A stretch of 64,000 nucleotides of DNA from Bryobacterales bacterium (GTDB lineage: Bacteria > Acidobacteriota > Terriglobia > Bryobacterales > JACQDG01). The DNA lies in contig DASREK010000015.1 of the NCBI GenBank assembly GCA_035652135.1, positions 14,846 through 78,845 on the forward strand. Direction: 5' to 3'. The notes beneath the pieces were generated by a model. That model had not been told where the DNA came from and did not search any database. It saw only the letters and a list, made by a program, of their open reading frames with translations. The position numbers and the translations under genes are program-made. This document shows positions 53,120 to 61,641 of the stretch, piece by piece; position 1 is the first letter of the stretch, and each line of letters opens with the position of its first letter.

Positions 53120-55423
53120 CTAGAGTTTTCGCGTAGCGTAGGTTGCATAGCCATAAAAGGAATCGGTTCTCGGATCCCAGCCGTTCAGAATTGTGCCGAG
53201 CACAGTAAGGTTATCCGCCAAGAGCCGCTGGAGAGTGGCGACGGCCGCTTCCCGGCTGGTCTTTTTTGCGCGGAGAACCAAAATCACCCCGTCCGCCGCA
53301 CGGCTCAGCAGGCGGGCGTCGGGACCATGCAGGGCTGGCGGGGCGTCTATGATCACCATATCGAACTCCTGCCGGAGTTGAGCAACCAGTTCCGGAAGCC
53401 GCTCGCTATGCAGCAGAGCGGAGATGCCAGCGGCTTCTTTCGTCTCCGGGGCGATGGTGAGCGGTCCGCTCGGCAGAAGATAAAGATTTGGAATCCCTCG
53501 AACCATCTCCGCATATCGCACAGCTCGGGTATCGAGCACGCTGGAGTCGCAGAGCAGATCGCTCAGCCCCGGCCGGCCCGCCAAATTGAAAATTTTGTGC
53601 AAGCGAGGACGCCGAATGTCCCCATCGACTAAAAGCACACGGCGGTTCGTTTGGGCCAACGCGATCGCCAGATTGGCGGCCACCGTTGTTTTTCCTTCGC
53701 CCGGGCCGGGACTGGTCAGGGTGATAACGTGCGCCGCGCCCTCGTACCTTATGCACAAAGAGGCGGCCGCATCGTGAAACGATTCAACAAGCAGCGGATA
53801 TGCGCCATCCCGCGCAGCCAGCTCTACTTTTTGTCCGTTCCTATGCGGGTTGGCCGGCAAGCAAGCCCGTAAACCGGCGAGGCAGCCGCGCTGCGGCTTC
53901 GGAATCGCGGCTAGTTCAGGCGTCTGCAAGATGGATAAAGCTTGTCCCGGCGATTTGAACGTTACATCGCTGTGCTCGCGCAGTAGAACGACGCCGACCC
54001 CGAAAAACAGCCCGGCAAAGAGCGCCACAGAAAGGTTGAGCAGATAGTTGGGTTTGTAGGGCCGCGCCGGCGGCAGGGCGCGATTGAGCACTCGGATGTT
54101 GCTTGCCGGAACCGCGGCTCCCAGGCTGAGTTCCTGGGCCTTTTGCAGCATGGAAGCATGCAGCGCCCGAGCCGTCTCAACTTCGCGCTTGAGGGTGTTG
54201 TAATGGATCGATTTCGCCGCCAGACTCGAAACCAGCTTCGACTGGTCGGCGTATCGCGTGGAAAGCAACTGCTCGCGCCTCAGGGCTGCCTGGTATTCAT
54301 TTTCGATTCGTTTGCGGGTGGCAGCCAGTTCGCGGTCGCGGGCCGCTTCCAGCACGGCAATCTGGTTTTGGACGGTGCGTACTTTGTAGTGCGACGGGGT
54401 CAAGAGAGACTCGAGCGATTCAAGCTCCCGCCGCAGATCGGTCAGCTTCACCTCGTAATCCCGCAGCGCATTGTCGCCCACCACCTGAGGAAGGGATTCC
54501 GGCGGGACGTCCGCCGCGGCCTGATACTGCGACTGCTTCATGATTCGGTCGGCCTGCGCCGCCGCCAGTTCATTGCCGAGTAACCGCAGCCTGGCTTCTG
54601 CAACGTTGTCCTGCTGCTGCTCTCCTGTGAAAAGCAACCCTGCGTTCTGCGCATAATCCTGGGTTTGCCGCTCGAGACTTTCCAGAGTTGTGCGTATTTC
54701 CGCAACCTGTCCGGAAAGCCATTCTCCGACCCGGCGCGCTGTTTCTGAGCGGGCCTGCTGATGTTCACGGATAAACTCGTCGGCCAATGTGTTAGCGAAT
54801 TGCGCCGCAAACCGCGCGTCCGGAGAATCGTACGTGATATGAATAAGCCGGGCCTGATTCCAAACACCCACACGCATCCGCACCATCTTGAGCGCGCGCT
54901 CGCGAGGCGAAATTGGCGCCACCGGCAGCCCCGCCGCATTCCGGACGCGATCCACCAAGCCGGGTGCCGTGAATTCGGGACGATTTAAGAGATTCAGACG
55001 GTCTGCGACCCGCCCCAGCACGGACTCATTTTGAAGAATTTCCACTTCCGTTTGCATGGCCAGGTCGCCCGCGCCGTCGGGCGGCGCCGCCGGAGCCGCC
55101 GGCTCCCGAAAGGGCGTGACTGCTTCGTTCAGCGGCTGGTACTCCAGCGATGTCTGCGCTTGATACATGGGCGTTTGCCCCGCCGTGTACCCCCAGGCGC
55201 CCAAAACGGCAGCTAAAGCGCATAAAAAGATGAACGGCGCTTTTCGCCGGATCAGCCGCCAATAAGTGATTAATGTGTCCAGCCCGGCGTCACTTGACGC
55301 GGTGGATGGCGCACCGAGCGGCCATACGCTCGCTTCGGGACGCGAGAGGCCGATGCTGTCGTCATGCACGGCAGACGAATTCATGATGCGGGGCTCCAGG
55401 GATCGATCCCAACGGTGTGGCAT
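53120..55423 (-). CDS. Polysaccharide co-polymerase / tyrosine autokinase (Wzc/GumC-like)
   Basis: An N-terminal Wzz-like TM and coiled-coil periplasmic region is followed by a second TM and a P-loop kinase (TSPGPGEGKTTVAANLA, VLLVDGDIRRP). The tail is Tyr-rich (DSFYGYATYATRKL). Confidence 0.88.
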   Translation of the reverse strand: MPHRWDRSLEPRIMNSSAVHDDSIGLSRPEASVWPLGAPSTASSDAGLDTLITYWRLIRRKAPFIFLCALAAVLGAWGYTAGQTPMYQAQTSLEYQPLNEAVTPFREPAAPAAPPDGAGDLAMQTEVEILQNESVLGRVADRLNLLNRPEFTAPGLVDRVRNAAGLPVAPISPRERALKMVRMRVGVWNQARLIHITYDSPDARFAAQFANTLADEFIREHQQARSETARRVGEWLSGQVAEIRTTLESLERQTQDYAQNAGLLFTGEQQQDNVAEARLRLLGNELAAAQADRIMKQSQYQAAADVPPESLPQVVGDNALRDYEVKLTDLRRELESLESLLTPSHYKVRTVQNQIAVLEAARDRELAATRKRIENEYQAALRREQLLSTRYADQSKLVSSLAAKSIHYNTLKREVETARALHASMLQKAQELSLGAAVPASNIRVLNRALPPARPYKPNYLLNLSVALFAGLFFGVGVVLLREHSDVTFKSPGQALSILQTPELAAIPKPQRGCLAGLRACLPANPHRNGQKVELAARDGAYPLLVESFHDAAASLCIRYEGAAHVITLTSPGPGEGKTTVAANLAIALAQTNRRVLLVDGDIRRPRLHKIFNLAGRPGLSDLLCDSSVLDTRAVRYAEMVRGIPNLYLLPSGPLTIAPETKEAAGISALLHSERLPELVAQLRQEFDMVIIDAPPALHGPDARLLSRAADGVILVLRAKKTSREAAVATLQRLLADNLTVLGTILNGWDPRTDSFYGYATYATRKL

Positions 55424-55438
55424 ATGCTTTCGAAGTCG

Positions 55439-56473
55439 TTATCGGGGCAGACCCACGCGCCAGATCGTAATGCCCGTGCCTACATTCAACGCCGCTTCCG
55501 CCGCCCGGAGGGCCACATTTCTGGTCGCGTTATTCGGAACGAATAAGATGTCCTCCGCCTCCATCATGATGTCCCTGGATTTCCCGGCCAATATCTGCTT
55601 GATGTTGACAGCAATCTCCACGCGCTTTTCGTCGGAGGCGCTTGTACGAAGAATCTTGGCCTTCTCTGGGGCCGCGTTCGGTCCGAGTCCCTCCGCCAGA
55701 GAAAGGGCCTGCAATACGGAAATATGCTCGCGCTCGCTCAAGGCGAAGCCGCCCGATTTGTGAACGTCGCCGATCACATACACTGTTTGCGCCTGGGAGA
55801 CCGAGATGACATCGTCCGGTTCGATCAGTATGTTGGCGCTGGGATTGGAACCTTCCATCAGCTCTCGCAGGCTTACCTCGGCCATACTGAAACGCTTGGT
55901 TGGATCTTGCACCGCGGTCCGGAGCGGTATTTGCCCGCGGTCTGACCGCCGGGTGATTCGCACTGTATTGCCCGCGTCATTTCTGACGCCCTCGGCCATG
56001 GAGAGGACCTCGATGAGCGTCTTCCGCCCGCGAAGCTGCTGAATCCCCGGCTTGTTGACCGCGCCAATCACCGACACGGGCTGGCTGTGAAAATCAGTGA
56101 CCGACACCGTGACCTGGGGCTCCTTCACAAATACGCGCAGGCGGCTTATTATCTCCGCCTTAATCTGCTCGGGTGTCCGGCCAAGCGCCAGAATTCTGCC
56201 TATCAGCGGTACATCCAAATACCCCTCGGAATCCACGCGGATGGGTTTGGCGGAAATTTCTTCCGAGCCGAGCGCCCAAACGCTAAGTTCGTCGCCTGGC
56301 CCGAGCATATAAGCTTCTGCGTTGCCGGGGTCGATCGGACTCGCCAGCCCGCCCGCGGCGGCCTGATGTTGGGGCCGGCCGGAAGGCGCCGCCAGCAGCA
56401 TCATAGCCAGCATCAATGCGATGGAGCCTTCAGCCTTCAGAGGCCACAGGTCCCGGAATAGCTTCGACGGCAT
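55439..56473 (-). CDS. Polysaccharide export protein (Wza-like, Poly_export plus SLBB domains)
   Basis: YMLGPGDELSVWALG... is the Poly_export signature, and SLBB-like repeats follow. The start is set to ATG 56473 (MPSKLFRDLWPL...). Confidence 0.85.
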   Translation of the reverse strand: MPSKLFRDLWPLKAEGSIALMLAMMLLAAPSGRPQHQAAAGGLASPIDPGNAEAYMLGPGDELSVWALGSEEISAKPIRVDSEGYLDVPLIGRILALGRTPEQIKAEIISRLRVFVKEPQVTVSVTDFHSQPVSVIGAVNKPGIQQLRGRKTLIEVLSMAEGVRNDAGNTVRITRRSDRGQIPLRTAVQDPTKRFSMAEVSLRELMEGSNPSANILIEPDDVISVSQAQTVYVIGDVHKSGGFALSEREHISVLQALSLAEGLGPNAAPEKAKILRTSASDEKRVEIAVNIKQILAGKSRDIMMEAEDILFVPNNATRNVALRAAEAALNVGTGITIWRVGLPR

Positions 56474-56477
56474 AAAA

Positions 56478-57083
56478 CTAACTCCACGAGATTTCCCGCT
56501 GCCGTAAAACCAGATCCTCGTTGATCTCAACCAGCACCGAACGTTGCAGCAGAGTAATGGACAAAAGCAGCCGGAAGGGCCTCGTAGAATCCACCACGAC
56601 GCCCTCCACCCCGGCCAGCGGGCCGCTGGCGATCCGCACGCGCTCGCCCGCAGTTAGAAAGGCGTGGGGCTGCATTGGAAAACTGGCGCGCGCCGCCGAT
56701 TGCAGCGCTTTTATCTCGTTGTCGTCCACTGGGGTCGGCACGCGCCCCGCACCGACCAGCCGGATGACGCCCGGAGTCATCAGAATAGGCAGCCGCACCA
56801 GCGCGTCGAACCGGCAAAATACATATCCGGAAAACAATGCAAGCTCAAACTGGCGGAGGCGCCTGCCATACCGGTGTTGACGCCGGTAAAGCGGCACAAA
56901 CGTTTCGTAGCCTTTGTACCGCAACAGACGCGATACCGCTTTCTCATGGCGTGGCCTGACGGCCAGCGCAAACCACTCCAGTGCCTCCGAATCATCGCGT
57001 AGCCCGGCGCTTGGGGTTTCAGGTTCGGGCCGCCATCTATTCATCAGTGGAGTAAGAGGGCGTTGGGAGTTTCCTGGAAACAT
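56478..57083 (-). CDS. NusG-paralog transcription antiterminator (RfaH/UpxY-like); first gene of the polysaccharide operon
   Basis: NGN domain WFALAVRPRHEKAVSRLLRYKGYETFVPLY...FSGYVFCRF, and KOW motif GERVRIASGPLAGVEGVVVD. The start is ambiguous (ATG 57083 or 57044). The ORF-track start 57197 lies upstream of the predicted sigma-54 promoter. Confidence 0.8.
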   Translation of the reverse strand: MFPGNSQRPLTPLMNRWRPEPETPSAGLRDDSEALEWFALAVRPRHEKAVSRLLRYKGYETFVPLYRRQHRYGRRLRQFELALFSGYVFCRFDALVRLPILMTPGVIRLVGAGRVPTPVDDNEIKALQSAARASFPMQPHAFLTAGERVRIASGPLAGVEGVVVDSTRPFRLLLSITLLQRSVLVEINEDLVLRQREISWS

Positions 57084-57145
57084 AGCTACCGCAATCTCAG
57101 TTATCAGGAACTGAGTCCACGCTGCTCCCTGACGTTCAAGTCCAA

Positions 57146-57161
57146 TGCAACGCCAATGCCA
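57146..57161 (-). promoter_or_regulatory. Sigma-54 (-24/-12) promoter candidate for the polysaccharide operon
   Basis: The minus strand reads TGGCAT-TGGCG-TTGCA. GG and GC have the exact consensus spacing, and TGGCA and TTGCA are intact. The predicted TSS is near 57135, which is 52 nt upstream of ATG 57083 and 91 nt upstream of ATG 57044. Confidence 0.62.
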
Positions 57162-57400
57162 GTCGGCCTCACCGCGTGGGTTGCCCAGGCAAATCAAGCG
57201 CTCTCCGTATCGTTACAGAGTCCGGAGAGGCGCGATGACAGCTTTCGTGGCTCCCGGCAAAGTGGAAGGCCGGGTGACAACTGTGGCATCGCGGTTCTCT
57301 ACGGCGGCCAAGTGGAGGGCTGCGCTGTATAGTCGTACAATTTTGCATCTTTCGTTTCGATGCGTTTCTGGCAATTCCAGCGAAGAATCTCAATCACTTT

Positions 57401-57439
57401 TTTTGAAAAGAAGATATGTTCGTCTATCTTTTTTCAAAA
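57401..57439. promoter_or_regulatory. AT-rich imperfect palindrome (possible activator/IHF-type site) about 240-280 nt upstream of the -24 element
   Basis: TTTTGAAAAGAAGATA (57401-57416), an 8-nt spacer, then TATCTTTTTTCAAAA (57425-57439). The arms are complementary except for one extra G. It is the most AT-rich patch I saw in the window. Confidence 0.3.
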
Positions 57440-58499
57440 CCCAGGCAAGCGCCTGAGGTGCGATTTCTTTGATATCGAGGCGGCGGCATTGCCACGCCAC
57501 AGCGTTCAATCAGGTTTGACCAGCCTGCCAGCCGCACGAAATTCCTTTGGTAACAAACGGTGCGGCGCATTCAGATGCGGGCCGCGGACGTATGTACGTT
57601 TACGGTTGCGTAACCCCAAAAATGCAAAATCGACGAGCGAATGTCGGCAGCGTATGTTAGCCCTCTACTTTTTTGGCGGCCGAACTCTTTATACTGCGGT
57701 AGTGTTGTTTCCAGGGTAGTTGTTTCGAGCAGCGCTGCCGTTTCAATTTTAAGGCGCGCTGGGAGTGCCGAACCAAGCGTCAGGCCATTGCGTAGCGGAG
57801 TGGCCAGAGCCGGACAATCCGGTAGCACGCTGATTCCACTTTCGAGTGGAATCGCGGCGCAGATAGATCTTCTTATGAAGGACACTATGGCGCTAGCAGG
57901 GACAGAAGGTGAAGCTTCAAGCGTGGCGCAAACCCACTTCTCCGCGGATAGGCAACGGAACTGTGTGCGGCGCCCGCGCTTCCCGCGCCCGGTCGCGCCT
58001 TCGGCGTATCTCCAGGAATCGGGAGTCGTGCCGCTGGTCATCGAAACTCCTGCAAAGTGGCATCCATACCCTCTACGCACAAAGAAAGCGCTCCCGGAGG
58101 AGTGGGGAGATTCACTTCGCACGCAAGGGACTCAGAAGCCCGTTATCAACATCGAGCCAGCCGCTGGCGGGCGGGAAAGATTTCGCTTTTTAGCGCCCAG
58201 GCTCCCGTCAAATACTGCCAGTCCTGAGGGAGTCAGCGAGGCAATGCGGATTGAACCAGGTTCTTCTCCCGATCACGTCAATAGAAACGCGAGAAACGTG
58301 TGGGGCGCGGGAGACGGAACTAGTCCTGAGTTGCGACCCGGAAGCGCTCGCCCCAGTGGCCCCTGCGCGGGAATCCCGCAGTCGATTCGAACAATGCATA
58401 GTCGAGACATCACGAAGAAAACTGCGTTCGGCAAAGGCTTCGTGACGCTTGTAAGTTTGCCCTTTCTCCAGTTGACCAGCGTGGAGGCTATGGTACCCA

Positions 58500-59882
58500 A
58501 TGAACAGACGCCGAGTTCTCGTAGTAGATGACGACAAGAGCATCCTTGCCTATCTCTCCGATCTTTTGGCCGATCGCTACGACGTAGACTGCCTGGATTC
58601 GGGCGAAGGCGTCGTGCCCTATTTGGGCTCCGGCGCCCGCCCGTCTTTGATCCTGCTGGATTTGATGATGCCGGCGGTCAGCGGTCTGGATGTGCTGGCC
58701 GCAATCGAACGCCTGAGCCGCCGGCCGCCCGTGATTGTTCTGTCGGCGATCGGCCAAATCAACACCGTAGTGAGAGCGATGAAGCTTGGCGCATCGGATT
58801 ATCTGGTCAAGCCGGTGGAAGAACAGGACCTCTATCAGGCGATCGAAAACGCATTAGAAGAGTCCGATGACCCAGAAGAAACGGCGGCGCCGGCCGCTGC
58901 CTGCGGGGCCGACATCATTTCTGCCAACCGCCAGGTGCTCCGTGTCAAGCAAATCGCCGCGCAGGTAGCGGACGCAGAGGTTCCTGTTCTCTTGCTCGGA
59001 GAGTCCGGGGTGGGCAAAGACGTATTTGCCCGCTATATCCATGCCCGATCGAGCCGCAGCGCCGCGCCGTTCGTCAAGGTCAATTGTGCGGCGCTCCCGG
59101 CGGACTTGCTGGAATCGGAGCTGTTCGGGTATGATCGCGGGGCCTTTACAGGAGCTCTTCGGGAAAAGCCGGGGAAGTTTGAACTTGCTGGCCGGGGAAC
59201 GCTTTTTCTGGACGAAATCGGTGAAATGAGCCCCGTGCTCCAGGCTAAACTCCTGCACGTTCTTCAGGACGGAGAATACAGCCGCCTCGGAAGCACACGG
59301 AGCACGCTTTCTCAAGCACGCATTATCGCTTCGACCAACAAGCGCATCGAAGAGGCGGTATCGAAGGGCGAGTTCCGCGAGGATTTGTACTTCCGTCTGA
59401 ATGTAATTCGTCTGCAAATTCCTCCCCTTCGCGAGAGGCGCGAGGATATTCTGCCGTTGTCGCATTTCTTCTTGGAAAAATACCGCCCTCAATACCCGCG
59501 GTCGCCTCGGCAGTTGCCTCGCGAGCTGATCCAGGCCATTCTGCTGCATTCCTGGCCCGGCAATGTGCGGCAGCTTGAAAACACGATTAAACGTTTCCTC
59601 GTGCTGCCTGACCTCGATTTTGCGCTGGCCGAACTGCGGGAATCTGGCACTCCGTTTAATGTCAGCTCGCCGCCGCAAAATCGTTCCCTGAAGCGTGTAT
59701 CCGCTCTGGCGGCAGAAAGAGCAGAAAAAGAGGTGGTCCTTCGCACGCTCGATGAGACGAACTGGAACAGAAAGCAGGCAGCCCGCGAGCTCAATATTTG
59801 CTATAAAGCCCTGCTGAACAAACTTCGAAAATGGGATATACCGGGACGGTCCAAAGGCCCCATCGAGCCTTCCGCGCTCTAA
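58500..59882 (+). CDS. Sigma-54-dependent response regulator (REC plus AAA+ enhancer-binding domain plus Fis-type HTH; NtrC family)
   Basis: The receiver has VLVVDDD...LILLDLMMP...VLSA...YLVKP. The AAA+ domain has GESGVGKDV, ESELFGYDRGAFTGA (GAFTGA) and RVIASTN-like (RIIASTN). The C-terminal HTH reads NRKQAARELNICYKALLNKLRKW. Confidence 0.92.
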   Translation: MNRRRVLVVDDDKSILAYLSDLLADRYDVDCLDSGEGVVPYLGSGARPSLILLDLMMPAVSGLDVLAAIERLSRRPPVIVLSAIGQINTVVRAMKLGASDYLVKPVEEQDLYQAIENALEESDDPEETAAPAAACGADIISANRQVLRVKQIAAQVADAEVPVLLLGESGVGKDVFARYIHARSSRSAAPFVKVNCAALPADLLESELFGYDRGAFTGALREKPGKFELAGRGTLFLDEIGEMSPVLQAKLLHVLQDGEYSRLGSTRSTLSQARIIASTNKRIEEAVSKGEFREDLYFRLNVIRLQIPPLRERREDILPLSHFFLEKYRPQYPRSPRQLPRELIQAILLHSWPGNVRQLENTIKRFLVLPDLDFALAELRESGTPFNVSSPPQNRSLKRVSALAAERAEKEVVLRTLDETNWNRKQAARELNICYKALLNKLRKWDIPGRSKGPIEPSAL

Positions 59883-60039
59883 CCGCTGCCACGGCGCTCC
59901 ACGCGCGGATGCCGGTCAACCTGCTCAACTGGCCAGAGCCGGGAGCGCTCGCCGCGGGGCAATATTCCAGACAAGGTTCTGCTCGCGCCCAGAGGGGAGT
60001 TTCACGGCCGCCTGAATTCACAGCTTTGCGGCCGGATTA

Positions 60040-60642
60040 TCAGGCCCAGATGTTCGACACAAAAACGAGTTTCACCGGCTTGAATCCCAGCCGGAAGTGA
60101 CTCGCGAGCGAAAGCTCATTCCCCTGCTCCACATAGGTCAGCACCCGACGTCGGCCGAGATCCTCCATCAGAGCGGCAAGATGGCTCTTAAACCTAAGCC
60201 ATACGCCGCTCCCGCGGTATTCGGGCAATATGAACGCATCGTAAGCATAGATACAGTCGCATGGGACCGTAATACGGTACTTAAACGGCTCGGCGACGTG
60301 GCGCGGCCTGATGGAGAACCACTCGTATCCAATGATGCCACCGCCAAGTTGGGCAACAACACAATGATCGCCAGCCTGAAAGCGCTCTAGGAACTTCTGA
60401 TATTTATTTTCTCCGCACATTGCGAGGCGATTGAGGTCATTCAGCGACCCTGCCCGAATTTCTCCCGGGCCGCGCAACATGGATGATGGAATATAGGGCG
60501 GATGATCGAGCTTCAGCAGGTACAGGCGTCCGATTTTTAGACAATGAAACGAGAGCCGGTCAACAAGGGCGCGGAGAATGCATAAGAAGGGCTTTCGGCC
60601 CAGCCTCGCTATTTTCCGGGAACGTAAGGCGGCTCTCGCCAC
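60040..60642 (-). CDS. GNAT-family N-acyltransferase
   Basis: GGGIIGYEWFSI...AYDAFILPEYRGSGVWLRFKSHLAALMEDLGRRRVLTYVEQGNELSLASHFRLGF. It starts 9 nt after the NadE-like stop. Confidence 0.7.
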   Translation of the reverse strand: MARAALRSRKIARLGRKPFLCILRALVDRLSFHCLKIGRLYLLKLDHPPYIPSSMLRGPGEIRAGSLNDLNRLAMCGENKYQKFLERFQAGDHCVVAQLGGGIIGYEWFSIRPRHVAEPFKYRITVPCDCIYAYDAFILPEYRGSGVWLRFKSHLAALMEDLGRRRVLTYVEQGNELSLASHFRLGFKPVKLVFVSNIWA

Positions 60643-60651
60643 GGCAATGCG

Positions 60652-61641
60652 CTACACTTCGGGGACCGGCGCCACCAGCACGGGCTGCCGGTGCAGATAG
60701 CGCGTGGCATTCCTCTTCGAGTCGATCAGTTCGTAGACCCGCTGTACCTGTGCCGGCGAGAGGCCTGCTTCCGCCGCCACTTCCTCCACCGGAGCGCCGC
60801 AGTTTTTTCCGTAGAGGCAGAGATCCATTTTGTCATAAGGCAAGGAAAAGTAAAATTCTTCCTGCGACTGATGCAGTGGATAGGTATCCGTGGTTGGATT
60901 GCGCCGCCGGATTTCTTCCGGTATGCCCAGATATTCGGCGAGCTGGTAAACCTCGGACTTATACAGATGAGCGATCGGCTTGAAATCGGCCGCGCCGTCC
61001 CCGTTTTTGACGAAAAATCCCTGGTCATATTCCAGCCGGTTGGGTGTACCTGCCACGGCGTACCCCAGAAGGTCCGCATAGTAGTATTCCATCATCTTGC
61101 GCGTCCGCTGCTTGAAGTTGGTGGCGGCCACGATCTGTGAATACGCCTCCGCCGTGAGCCTTGCCTTGGTTTGAACGTGCGACGGCGATTCCACGACGAT
61201 CGAGTACACCGCGTAGCGCGGTCCGCCGAGCAATTCAGGCAGAACGAGTTTACACTTATAGCCCTCGCCATACTCGGGAACCACACTGCGAATGGCCTCG
61301 TCGCGGCGCCGGTAGCAGCCGGCGGCGGCGAGGATCGGGGTAATGTCCTCGACGACGGATCGAATTCCCAGTTGATCGGCGACAAGCTTGCCTAAGCGAA
61401 GGCTGTCGGCGGACGAATCCGCCTCGGGAAGAAACAAACCGAGCACCCGGTCCCTTCCCAGTGCGCGCGCGCAAAGGGCGGCTACGACGCTGCTGTCAAC
61501 CCCGCCGGAGAGCGCAACGACGGCGCCTTTGCGTCTCAAATCGCGCCGCACGATCTCGCGAATCGCGCTCTCCAGGCGCAGGGCGGCACCGCCGGCATCC
61601 ATCTTTAAAAGCTCGGCGGAAAACCTCGTAGAGATGTTCAT
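60652..61641 (-). CDS. NAD synthetase (NadE)-like PP-loop ATP pyrophosphatase/amidoligase
   Basis: PP-loop VALSGGVDSSVVAAL and NadE-like downstream blocks (VAGTPNRLEYDQGFFVKNGDGAADFKPIAHLYKSEVYQLA). Its start overlaps the ligase stop (ATGA). Confidence 0.78.
   Translation of the reverse strand: MNISTRFSAELLKMDAGGAALRLESAIREIVRRDLRRKGAVVALSGGVDSSVVAALCARALGRDRVLGLFLPEADSSADSLRLGKLVADQLGIRSVVEDITPILAAAGCYRRRDEAIRSVVPEYGEGYKCKLVLPELLGGPRYAVYSIVVESPSHVQTKARLTAEAYSQIVAATNFKQRTRKMMEYYYADLLGYAVAGTPNRLEYDQGFFVKNGDGAADFKPIAHLYKSEVYQLAEYLGIPEEIRRRNPTTDTYPLHQSQEEFYFSLPYDKMDLCLYGKNCGAPVEEVAAEAGLSPAQVQRVYELIDSKRNATRYLHRQPVLVAPVPEV

Noticed and set aside
57086-57092. An ops-like heptamer GCGGTAG on the sense (minus) strand immediately before ATG 57083 of the NusG paralog. 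A second copy lies on the + strand at 57696..57702.
   Set aside because: Only the 7-nt core matches the RfaH ops element (GGCGGTAGnnTG), and the flanking G and TG are wrong. A 7-mer is expected several times by chance in 2 x 64 kb, and the second copy is on the wrong strand for the operon.
57284-57299. A + strand TGGCATCGCGGTTCTC considered as a sigma-54 promoter for the divergent activator gene.
   Set aside because: The -12 GC dinucleotide is missing (TTCT instead of TTGC). The site is also more than 1.2 kb from the activator start.
57641-58531. A 296-aa + strand ORF filling most of the large intergenic region and overlapping the activator start. The opposite-strand ORF 57571..58122 was also considered.
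   Set aside because: There is no recognisable domain, signal peptide or TM segment. The composition is Arg/Pro/Ser-rich. Third-position GC looks lower than in neighbouring genes, and ORFs are open on both strands here. I cannot exclude a real disordered protein, but the evidence is insufficient.
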